Positions 55,055 through 64,000 of a DNA stretch of 64,000 bases are shown in pieces. Origin of the DNA: Candidatus Eiseniibacteriota bacterium (GTDB lineage: Bacteria > Eisenbacteria > RBG-16-71-46); NCBI GenBank assembly GCA_038231135.1, contig JBBRLX010000026.1, positions 1-64,000 of the forward strand, given 5' to 3'. A model generated the notes under the pieces. That model saw only the letters and a list, made by a program, of their open reading frames with translations. It did no database searches and had not been told where the DNA came from. Position 1 is the first letter of the stretch; each line of letters starts with the position of its first letter. Position numbers and translations under genes: made by a program.

Positions 55055-56547
55055 CTCCCGCGCTCGCCGTCCTCGGAGTGTTCCTGGCACTGGCGCTCGG
55101 CATCGGCATCCTCGCCCGGCGCGGACGGCCCATGACGCTCGAGCAGTGGACCGTCGGCGGCCGCGGCTTCGGCTCGGTGTTCGTGTTCCTGCTGATGGCC
55201 GGCGAGATCTACACGACGTTCACGTTTCTCGGCGGCAGCGGCTGGGCGTATGGCCGCGGCGCGCCGGCGTTCTACATCCTCGGCTACGGCGCGGTGGCGT
55301 ACGCGCTGTCGTACTTCCTGCTGCCGGTGCTGTGGCGCTACGCCACGCAGCACCGGCTGCACTCGCAGGCCGACTTCTTCGCGCGCAAGTACGGCAGCAC
55401 GCCGCTCGGCGTGCTGGTGTCGCTCGTCAGCGTGGCGGCGATCGTCCCGTACCTCACGCTGCAGCTCAAGGGCCTCGGGATCATCGTCTCGGAGACGTCG
55501 TACGGCGCGATCCCGGTGGAGGTCGCCGTGTGGCTGAGCGTCGCAGCGCTCGTGGTCTACGTGGTGATCTCGGGCGTGCACGGTTCGGCGTGGACGGCGG
55601 TGCTCAAGGACGTGATGATCCTGGGCGTCGCGGTCGGGCTCGGCGTCTATTTCCCGAGCCACTTTCACGGTGGGTTCCGCGCGATGTTCGAGGCGATCGA
55701 TCGCGCGAAACCCGGGTTCCTCACGCTGCCGCCGCATGGCCTGAGCGCCACGTGGCTGATCTCGACGGTGCTGCTGAGCGCGCTGGGGTTCTACATGTGG
55801 CCGCACGGGTTCGCGTCGGTCTACACCGCGAAGTCCGAGGACGTGTTTCGCCGCAACGCGGTGGTGATGCCGCTCTATCAGCTCGTCCTGCTGTTCGTGT
55901 TCTTCGCCGGGTTTGCCGCCATCACGACCGTGCCCGGGCTCACGGGCGCCGACGCCGACCTGTCGCTGCTCCGGCTGTCCAAGCTCGCGTTCGGGCCGTG
56001 GACGGTCGGCCTGATCGGCGCCGCCGGCTTGCTCACGGCGCTGGTGCCCGGCTCGATGCTGCTGCTCACCGCGGGCACGATCCTGTCCAAGAACGTGTTC
56101 CGGGTGGCGGTGCCGGGCGCGAGTGACCGCACGGTGGCCCGGCTGGCGCGCGGACTGGTGCCGGTCGTCGCGGTGCTCGCCGCACTGTTCGCGCTGCGCG
56201 GCGGCCAGGCGCTCGTGCCGCTGCTATTGCTCGGCTACAACGTCGTCACCCAGTTGTTCCCGGCGCTGATGGCCTGCCTACCCGCGACGCCGCTCGCGAC
56301 GCCCGCTGGCGCCGCCGCCGGTATCCTCACCGGTGAGACGATCGTGATCGCGTTCGCCGTGTCGGGCGCGACGCTGCCCCGGCTGTTGCCGAATGCGCCG
56401 GCGATCGTCACCGACATCAATGTCGGTCTGGTCGCGCTGGCCGCGAACGCGGCGGTGATGGTCGCGGTGTCCGCGATGACCCGCGGTCCGGTGCCCGCCG
56501 CAGCGGTCGCGGGAGCGCCCGCCGGGGCGCCGATCGCGGGATCCTGA
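55051..56547 (+). CDS. Sodium:solute symporter family protein (YhjB-like)
   Basis: EQWTVGGRGFG...MAGEIYTTFTFLGGSGWAY; many TM helices. Confidence 0.9.
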   Translation: MTPALAVLGVFLALALGIGILARRGRPMTLEQWTVGGRGFGSVFVFLLMAGEIYTTFTFLGGSGWAYGRGAPAFYILGYGAVAYALSYFLLPVLWRYATQHRLHSQADFFARKYGSTPLGVLVSLVSVAAIVPYLTLQLKGLGIIVSETSYGAIPVEVAVWLSVAALVVYVVISGVHGSAWTAVLKDVMILGVAVGLGVYFPSHFHGGFRAMFEAIDRAKPGFLTLPPHGLSATWLISTVLLSALGFYMWPHGFASVYTAKSEDVFRRNAVVMPLYQLVLLFVFFAGFAAITTVPGLTGADADLSLLRLSKLAFGPWTVGLIGAAGLLTALVPGSMLLLTAGTILSKNVFRVAVPGASDRTVARLARGLVPVVAVLAALFALRGGQALVPLLLLGYNVVTQLFPALMACLPATPLATPAGAAAGILTGETIVIAFAVSGATLPRLLPNAPAIVTDINVGLVALAANAAVMVAVSAMTRGPVPAAAVAGAPAGAPIAGS

Positions 56548-56554
56548 GGCGCGA

Positions 56555-59500
56555 ATGACCGGCGCCCGGGTGCTCGTGGCCGCGCTGGCGCTCGCGGCCC
56601 TGCCCGCGATCCCGCCCGCGGCTTCGTCCGCGGTTGCATCCGCAGCCACGCCCGCGGTGGCGCTCCCCGTCCGCGCGGTTGCGTTCGGCACCGCGGACGC
56701 GCCCCCCGTGCCATCGCGGCGGCTCGAGGATCGCGTTGCCGTGCGGGTGACCCCGGCACTCGCGTCCGAGTTGCGTGCGGCCGCGCCTCGCAGCGGTCGC
56801 GGCGGCGGCGGGCGTCGCGGAGTTCGAGCCCGAGTTCCCGCCCGCCCCGGGCACGAGCGCGTTCGCGTTCGCGCCGTTGTCGGAGTTCCTGATCGCCCGG
56901 CTCGCGCCCGGCGCCGGCGTCGATCGCGCGCTCGCGGCGCTGCGCCGATCGTCCGGCATCGCGGACGCCTGGGCGATCGCCGTGCTGCCGGTGTCGGTCG
57001 CGGCGCCCAACGACTCCCTGTGGCCGCTGAGCCATCATCTCGATCAGCCGTCGATGCGCGACGTGCGCGCGCTCGCGGCGTGGGACACCTATCGCGGCGA
57101 TTCCAGCGTGGTCATCGCGATTCTCGACACCGGCATCCTGCCCTGGCATCCCGATCTGGGCGGCCTCACGGCACCCACGCAATTGTGGACCCATGCGGCG
57201 GAACTGCACGGCCAACCCGGAGTGGACGACGACGGGAACGGCTATGTCGACGACTTCTGGGGCTGGGACTTCGTCGCGTCGGCGCCGGGGGCGCTCGCGG
57301 ATCTGGGCGAGGACTGGCGCGATGCCGACAACGATCCGGTCGATTTCGCCGGCCACGGCACGGCGATCGCGGGCCTGATCGGCGGGCGGGTCGGCAACCG
57401 GATCGGGGTGGCCGGACTCGTGCCCGACGTACGGCTGATGGCGCTGCGGGTTGGTTGGGCGACGGCCGACTCGCCGACGGGCGAGGTGGCGATGTCGTAC
57501 GTCGCGCAGGCGGTCCAGTACGCGACGCGCATGGGGGTGGACGCGATCAACTGCTCGTTCGCGACCACCCCGAGCCCGGATCTGGACGCGGCGGTGGATG
57601 CGGCGATCCACGCCGGAGTCGTGGTCGTCACCGCGTCCGGCAACAATGGCACCGAACACGCGCTCGGTGATCGCGGCGACGTGATCGCCGCGACCGCGGT
57701 CGACGACGCCGACCAGGTGCCGCGGTTCGCGAACCGCGGCGCCTACGTGACGCTCGCCGCGCCCGGCTTCGCGCTGCCCGCCACGGTCACGCGCCGCACC
57801 GCGACCGACAGCATCGGCGCGCGCCAGCCGTCCTACACCACCGGCGCCACCGGCACGTCGTTCTCGGCGGCACTGGTGAGCGGCGCGGTGGGGCTCGTGC
57901 AGGGCGACCGGCGCCGGCGCCACCTGCCGCCGCTGACGCCCGCCGAGATGCAGCTGCGTCTGGCCGAGACCGCCGACGACATCACCGGCGCGAACCTCGG
58001 GCTCACCGGGTTCGGCGCCGGGCGGCTGAACGTCGCGCGCGCGCTGACCGATCCCCCGGGCTCGCGCATCTTCGCGGCCGGCGACACCAGCGTGGGACCG
58101 GTGGCGGCGCTGGGTCTCGACGGACCGCGGCCGGTGATCGCGAGCGCCGCGAGCGACGGAGCGCTCGTGATCCGGGAGGGACTCGACGGCTCGGTCGTGG
58201 TGCGTGCGCCGCTGCCGGCGGCCCCCGCGGGCGGCGTCGCGGCGGCCGCGCTCGGGGATGGCCGCGGGCTCGCGCTGTTCGTGCCGCTCGCGGATGGCCG
58301 GCTCGCGGGCGTCGACGAGTCGGGCGACCCGCTGCCGGGCTGGCCGGTGGATCCGGGCGCGACGTCCCCGGGTGCGCTGCCCGCGCTCGGAGACGTCGAC
58401 GGCGACGGCCGGCTCGACGTCGTGGTAGGCGGCCGCGGCGGAATTGTGCGTGCGCTGAACGCGTTCGGCGAGCCATTGCCGGGGTTCCCGGTGCGCGTGG
58501 CGGGCGACACGGCCGACGTGCACGTGGCGCTCGCGAGCCTCGACACGGTCCCCGGACTCGAGATCGTCGTCGCCGCGAGCGACGGGACGCTCGGCGTGCT
58601 GGCGCGGGGCGGCGTTATGGTGACGGGCTGGCCGCGCGCCACCGCCGCCGGCGCCGGCGCGCCGGTCGTGATCTCGGGCGATTCGAGCCACGATCCCGAG
58701 ATCGTGGTGGCGGCGGGCGAAAGCCTGTTCGGGTTCGATCCCACGGGCGAGATGCGCTGGCGTCAGTACCTGGACGGACCTGCCGCCCCGGCACCGGCGG
58801 TCGCGGATCTCGACGGCGACGGCGCCGACGAGATCCTGGTGCCGCTGCTCCACCGGCCCCGCGTCCAGGTGTTCGATGCGCAGGGCACGTCGCTCGCGCC
58901 GCTCGACTGGTCCGCGCGATCGGCGACCCCATGTTCCGGCGAGCCGCTGGTGGGAACACTGGTCCGCGCGACCGATCTCGACGTGGTGGTGTTCGTTCCC
59001 GGGCTCGGATCGGTGGCATTCGATCGCGACGGCGCTGTGCGGCCCGGCTGGCCGCGGCCGGGGCGCGCGGGCGGCGGCGAGGCGTTCGGAGATGTCGACC
59101 GCGACGGGACCATGGATCTGATCGCGCCGGGCGGCGTTCACGGCGAGCTCTACCTGTATGCCGGCGCCCGCGGCGGCGGCGTGCTGCCCCGGTCCGGATG
59201 GAGCACCGCGCGCGGCGACCCCGCGCGCACCGGCAGCCGCTTCGCCGCTCCGGTTCCGGGCGAGTCGGACACGTCGCGGGGTCTGCTGGTGTCGCGGGCG
59301 ACGATCGCGCTGGGCGACGTCTGGCTCGGGACCTCGTCGCGCAGCACGTTCCACGTGATCGACGCCACCACCGACACGCTGATGATCGACGTGACGGGGG
59401 CGGCCGCGCCATTCGACGTGGCGCCGGCGAGTTTCCGGATCGAGCCCGGCCGCGCGCAACAGGTCACGGTGAGCGCCACGCCGACCGCATGCGCCGCGAG

Positions 59501-60620
59501 TGCCATCGTCCTCGCGGTTCGCGACCGGTCGGGCATCCACGCGGGGCCCGAGGTGCGCGTGACCGCCACGGGGATCGCGCCGCCGCGGCTCGTGGTTACC
59601 CCCGACTCGGTGCGCGCGACACTCGCCCGGGGCGACTCGGGGCACGTCACGCTGACGCTCGAGAATCGCGGCGACGCGCCGCTCGAACTCACGCCCGCGC
59701 TCGAGCTGCAGGGAGCCACGGCGGCGCTCCGGGGCGCACCGCGCCCGAGTGCGTTAGCGACGGGCGCGGTACACGGGACTCTGGCGGGGTCCGCGCCCGC
59801 CTTATCCGCGGCGGCGGGCGGCATCGCGATTCTCGCTGCCAATACGAAGGTGGCATGGCTCGAATCGCTGCTCGCGGACCTGGGATTCACCGTGTTGCGT
59901 CTGAACCCGGAGGTGATGAACCCGGACACGCTGGCGTTGAGCCGGGTCGTGGTGGTCGCGCTCGACGGCGGCTGGGTGCCGGCGGCAGCCGTCCGCCGCC
60001 TCGCCGACGCGGCCCGCGCCGGCGCCACGGTCGTCATGCTCGGCGGCACGCGGTACCCGGCGTTCGCGACCGCGCTCGGCACAGAGATGATCGCGAACGC
60101 CGGCCCCCGCGGCTGGTCGCGGTCGGCGGCGCCCGGATTCGTGCTGCGGGCGCCGGGCACGGCGCTGGCCGACTCGCTGCCGGCCACCCACGCCTGGCGC
60201 GTGGCGGCTGCGGCCTATTCGATGCTGCAGGTGACCGACCCGGTGGCCCAGGTGATCGCGGCCGATGGCCACGGCGCGCCCTGGGTGGCGGCGAAGCGCC
60301 TCGGCCTGGGATCGCTGCTGCTGTGGACCGGCACTCCCACCGACGCCGCGTGGAGCGATCCCGACGATCGCGCGGTGATCCGCCGCGTCGTGACGAACGC
60401 GATCCGCACCGCGTCCGAGTGGGTGAGCCTCCGCACGGATCCGCTGCGGCTCGCCCCCGGCGCAGCGCAGCCGTTCCAGGTGGTGCTGTCGGCGGTGGGC
60501 CGGAACACCGGCACGCTGGACGCCGCGCTGCGACTCGACAGCAACGATCCCGCCCGGCCGGTGGTGCGGATCCCGATCCGGCTGGACGTGACCGCCGGCG
60601 TGAAAGGCGGCGCGCGATGA
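56555..60620 (+). CDS. Secreted S8 (subtilisin-like) peptidase with FG-GAP and Ig-like domains; frameshift near 56780-56800
   Basis: Signal peptide and prodomain start in the 56555 frame; the rest is in the 56775 frame with triad AILDTG, GHGT and GTSFSA, DDDGNGYVDD..GWDF, and FG-GAP D.DGDG..D repeats. Confidence 0.8.
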
Positions 60621-63292
60621 TGGCCACGCTCCGCGCCCGGCCCGGCTGGCGTGCGTGCGGCTCCGGGCGCCCGCCTGGTGACCGCATGCGGATCGGCGCG
60701 CTCGCCGCCAGCGCCGGGCCCCGCCGGACCGCGCGGCTCGCCGCGGTTTTGGCGACGTTCGCCGTGTGTGCCGCGCTCGGCCCGTCGATCGCGGCGGCGG
60801 ACTGCCCGCCCCGCCCGGAACTGCTGGCGACGCAGTTGCTCGCGCAGCAGGAAGCTGCGGGGCACGTGGCGGTCGCGGACATGAACGGCGACGGCGTGCC
60901 CGACCTGCTGATGGGCGGGTTCACGAACCACATCACGATCCGGCTGGGTGCGGTCGACGACACTGGAGCGGTTTCGTTCGGTGTCACGCGCGATGTGATC
61001 GCCGGCTCCGCACCCTTCGGGTTTGCGACCGGTGACTTCAACGGCGATCACATTCCCGACCTCGCAGTCGTGTCGCTCGACGTCAACGAACTCGCGATCT
61101 ACCTGGGCGCCGGGCGCGGCGCCGGCTGGTCGCTCGCGCGCGCCGCCGTTTACGACACGCCGGAGCGCCCGTTGTCGGTCGCCGCGGGCGACGTGAATGG
61201 CGACGGAACGATCGATCTCGTGGTCGCGAACAATCTCGGGGCTTCGATCTCCGCGTTCCTGGGCGCCGGCGACGGCACGTTCGGCTCGCGGTCGGACTAC
61301 TTCGTCGGAGGCGCGCCGGGTGAGGTGCGGCTCGCGGACCTGAATCAGGACGGCATCCTCGATGTCGTCACCGCCGTCTCCACGACCGCCGGGGTGGCCG
61401 TGCTGCTGGGGAACGGCGCCAGCGGCGTGGGAGGCGGCCTGTTCCGGCCGTTCACGCTGCTGCGGATCTCGACCGGAGCGCGGCCGGTCTCGCTGGCGGT
61501 CGACGATCTCGACGGCGACGGCGTGCTCGATTGCGTGGTGGCGCGCGGCCAGACCCAGGGCATCGACGTGTTGCTGGGCGGCATCGGACCCGGCGGGTTC
61601 CGATTCCACTCGATCGGCACCTATGACCCCGGCGGTAGCGTGATCAACGGCCCGAATGCGCGGGGCGTCACGATCGCAGACCTGGACGGGGACGGGCGGC
61701 CGGACATCGCAACGGTGCTGCCATTTGGCGCCGAAACCGCTGCCAGCGATCACGTGGGGGTGTACTTCAACGACGGCAGCCAGGGCTTCGCGAGCCGCAT
61801 CACCTATGCCGGACCCGATCAAGCGTCGGCCATCGCGGCCGCCGATCTCGACGGCGACGGCTCGATGGATGTCGTAACGGTGGGACTCGCCAGCCAGTAC
61901 TCAGTCTCGTGGGGGACCTGCGCCGCGGTGGCCTCGGTGATCGACGACTTCGAACCACGGGCCGGCGCCGCGGGCGACACGGTCACGATCAGCGGGCGTG
62001 CGTTCCGGTCGGTGACCGGCGTGCGATTCCTGGGTGTCGCGGCGCCGATCGTGACGCACGCGGTGACCTCGCTGACCGTGATCGTGCCGCCCGGCGCCGC
62101 GAGCGGACCGATCACGGTGGCAGGGCCGGGGAGTGCCGCGACGTCAGGGGCGAGCTTCCTCGTCGGGGAGCGGCCCGTGCTCTCGCGGATCGAGCCGCCG
62201 AACGCGAAGGCCGGCGCCACGGTGACGGTGTTCGGCAGGTTCTTCACCGACACCCGTGAGGTGCGCATCGGCGGCGGCCCCGCGGTGCCGTTCGCGGCGC
62301 TCGCCGACACGGCGCTCGCGGCGGTGGTCGATACGCTGTCCACCACCGGGCCCGTCACGGTGGCGACGCCGTTCGGCCGGGTCGTGAGCGCGTTCGCATT
62401 CACCGTGGTGCCGCCGGATACCGCGCCGCGCATCGAGAGCGTCCGCGACGTTCCCGGCGATCAGGGCGGCCGGGTGTCCGTGACGTGGCTCGCGAGCGAC
62501 TTCGATCGCATCGGCCGCGGTCTGATCGGCAGTTACCGCCTGCTGCGCCGCGGGCCCCGCGACTGGGGCCTGGTGACGACGGTCCCCGCGGCGTTCCTGC
62601 CGCGATACTCCGTCATCGCCACGACGCGGGCCGATTCCACGCCCGCCGGCGTGCCTTACGAGACGTTCCTCGTGCGGGCGGTATCGGTCGATTCCAGCCG
62701 CGCGTTCGATGCGCCGGCCGACAGCGGGTACTCGGTGGACGACCTGCCGCCCGGCGCGCCCGCCGTGGTGACCGCGCACTTCGATCTCGAGCGTGTCGAT
62801 CTCGAGTGGAGCACGGTCGCCGCGAGCGACCTCGATGGCTACGAGGTGCATCGCGGCGATCACCCGGGGTTCGAGACGTCGACCGCGACCCTCGTCGCAC
62901 GAGTCGCGCAACCTCGCATCACGGTCACGGCCGAGGTCACGCCGCGGTTCTATCGCGTGCTCGCGGTCGACGTGCATGGCAACCGCGGCGCCGCCACCGA
63001 GGTGGCGGTGCAACTGCCGCGGCCGGAGCGGTTCGAACTGGTGCGGTTCGGGCCGAATCCGACCGCGGGTCCATTGTCACTGGCGCTCGCGCTCCCCGGC
63101 GCCGGCACCCTGAGGCTCGAGGTGGTCGATCCGGCCGGCCGCCGGATCGTCGACGAACGGCAGGTGTTCGACGCCGCGGGCATCCGGCGGCTGCAATGGG
63201 ACGGGTCGCGCCGGTTGCCGGCGGGACTGTATTTCCTGCGCGCCGGCTTCGCCGGCCGGACGGTGGTACGCCGGTTCGTGGTCGCCCGGTAA
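60617..63292 (+). CDS. Secreted FG-GAP repeat protein with IPT/TIG domains and C-terminal FlgD-Ig-like domain
   Basis: ATGA overlap with the S8 gene; ~7 D(M/F/V/L)(N/D)GDG..D repeats; IPT; VRDVPGDQGG; terminal PNP...VVDPAGR...AGLYFLR. Confidence 0.85.
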   Translation: MMATLRARPGWRACGSGRPPGDRMRIGALAASAGPRRTARLAAVLATFAVCAALGPSIAAADCPPRPELLATQLLAQQEAAGHVAVADMNGDGVPDLLMGGFTNHITIRLGAVDDTGAVSFGVTRDVIAGSAPFGFATGDFNGDHIPDLAVVSLDVNELAIYLGAGRGAGWSLARAAVYDTPERPLSVAAGDVNGDGTIDLVVANNLGASISAFLGAGDGTFGSRSDYFVGGAPGEVRLADLNQDGILDVVTAVSTTAGVAVLLGNGASGVGGGLFRPFTLLRISTGARPVSLAVDDLDGDGVLDCVVARGQTQGIDVLLGGIGPGGFRFHSIGTYDPGGSVINGPNARGVTIADLDGDGRPDIATVLPFGAETAASDHVGVYFNDGSQGFASRITYAGPDQASAIAAADLDGDGSMDVVTVGLASQYSVSWGTCAAVASVIDDFEPRAGAAGDTVTISGRAFRSVTGVRFLGVAAPIVTHAVTSLTVIVPPGAASGPITVAGPGSAATSGASFLVGERPVLSRIEPPNAKAGATVTVFGRFFTDTREVRIGGGPAVPFAALADTALAAVVDTLSTTGPVTVATPFGRVVSAFAFTVVPPDTAPRIESVRDVPGDQGGRVSVTWLASDFDRIGRGLIGSYRLLRRGPRDWGLVTTVPAAFLPRYSVIATTRADSTPAGVPYETFLVRAVSVDSSRAFDAPADSGYSVDDLPPGAPAVVTAHFDLERVDLEWSTVAASDLDGYEVHRGDHPGFETSTATLVARVAQPRITVTAEVTPRFYRVLAVDVHGNRGAATEVAVQLPRPERFELVRFGPNPTAGPLSLALALPGAGTLRLEVVDPAGRRIVDERQVFDAAGIRRLQWDGSRRLPAGLYFLRAGFAGRTVVRRFVVAR

Positions 63293-63346
63293 AGTCCGGT
63301 AAAAACAGGTAAAGGACATGAATTTGTGGTGCGTGGTAAATTCATG
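63288..63346. promoter_or_regulatory. AT-rich regulatory region with phased direct repeats and an inverted repeat
   Basis: GGTAAA at 63288, 63298 and 63308 (10-bp period) and 63335; CATGAATTT-N12-AAATTCATG (63317-63346). Confidence 0.55.
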
Positions 63347-63480
63347 ATCACTACCATTCGCTGAGTTGCTTGCCTTGGCCACGGGCACCCTTCCCCTGGC
63401 TGCTGCGGATCGGCGCGAACCTGCGCGGCTCCCAAACACCTCGCTCTGGCTCTCCGGAAGCGCCCTCCAGGAGGTACTTC

Positions 63481-64000
63481 ATGTCCCCACTCGCCCAGGG
63501 TGTTGCCGCATGCCGTGCCCTCCTCATCGCCGGGATCGCGCTGAGCGCCGGGGCTCCCGGACCCGCCTGGTCGAGTGCCGGCGCCACGTGGATCTACCGC
63601 TCGCCGGCACCCGGGTCGGATCACGTTTCCCCCCATAACAACATCGTGCTGCGGAGCGACTCCCCGCTCGATCCGGTCGCCGCCGGCGGCGTGCTGGTGC
63701 GGGTCGTGGGCGCCGCGAGCGGCGTACATGCCGGGCGCTCCACGCTGTCGGATGACGGGCGCACGCTGGTGTTCACGCCGGCGACGCCATTCGTTGCCGG
63801 CGAGCGCGTATCGGTGCGGCTCGAGTCGATGCCCGGTGCACTCGCGCCGCCGGCCGCGGCGTTCGAGTTCACCGTGTCGGGCATCGACCCGTCGCTCATG
63901 CCGCGATCCGATCCCGAGCCCATGCCCGCCGGGAGCAGTCCCGGAGACCGCGGCGTAGCGGCCATGGGCCCGCCCCGCTCCGCGCCGGCCGTGACCGCCG
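63481..64000 (+). CDS. Secreted protein with N-terminal Ig-like (Big_5-type) domain, truncated by window end
   Basis: RBS AGGAGG; MSPLAQGVAACRALLIAGIALS... then SPAPGS..VS...NIVLR...LSDDGRTLVFTP..PF..GE.V.V; no stop before 64000. Confidence 0.75.
   Translation, partial: MSPLAQGVAACRALLIAGIALSAGAPGPAWSSAGATWIYRSPAPGSDHVSPHNNIVLRSDSPLDPVAAGGVLVRVVGAASGVHAGRSTLSDDGRTLVFTPATPFVAGERVSVRLESMPGALAPPAAAFEFTVSGIDPSLMPRSDPEPMPAGSSPGDRGVAAMGPPRSAPAVTA

Overview
High-GC bacterial genomic window. Several secreted proteins carry a C-terminal FlgD-Ig/T9SS-like domain and one has 'NLSWDDC' repeats, which resembles Candidatus Eisenbacteria or a relative (inference only). The dominant feature is a ~20 kb minus-strand operon (19613-39752) with translationally coupled genes, a near-consensus sigma54 promoter and an adjacent ApbE flavin transferase. 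It joins an Agl/Glt-like proton-motor module (ExbB, two ExbD, TonB/AgmX-like, GltF-like, TPR proteins) to a redox/heme module (TlpA, DUF4266, DUF3570, HzsA-like diheme lipoprotein, CX5CH lipoprotein) and several outer-membrane beta-barrels. An 889-aa coiled-coil gene follows it. A second notable element is a Cys-rich uORF ending in a RAPP ribosome-arrest motif, whose 3' end can pair with the Shine-Dalgarno of a small Cys-rich secreted protein (candidate translational attenuator). The window also holds the right end of an IS1202/ISNCY element, an internally deleted mrr gene next to a Fic gene with a palindromic operator, and a HipA-like kinase/DUF3037 pair. Housekeeping-type genes include an ABC-F (Uup), ATP-dependent DNA ligase, RlpA, hybrid histidine kinase, methyltransferase, VOC dioxygenase and Na+:solute symporter. 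Large secreted multidomain proteins include a frameshifted S8 protease. No rRNA, tRNA or CRISPR array was seen. All family assignments come from motif recognition by eye, not database searches.
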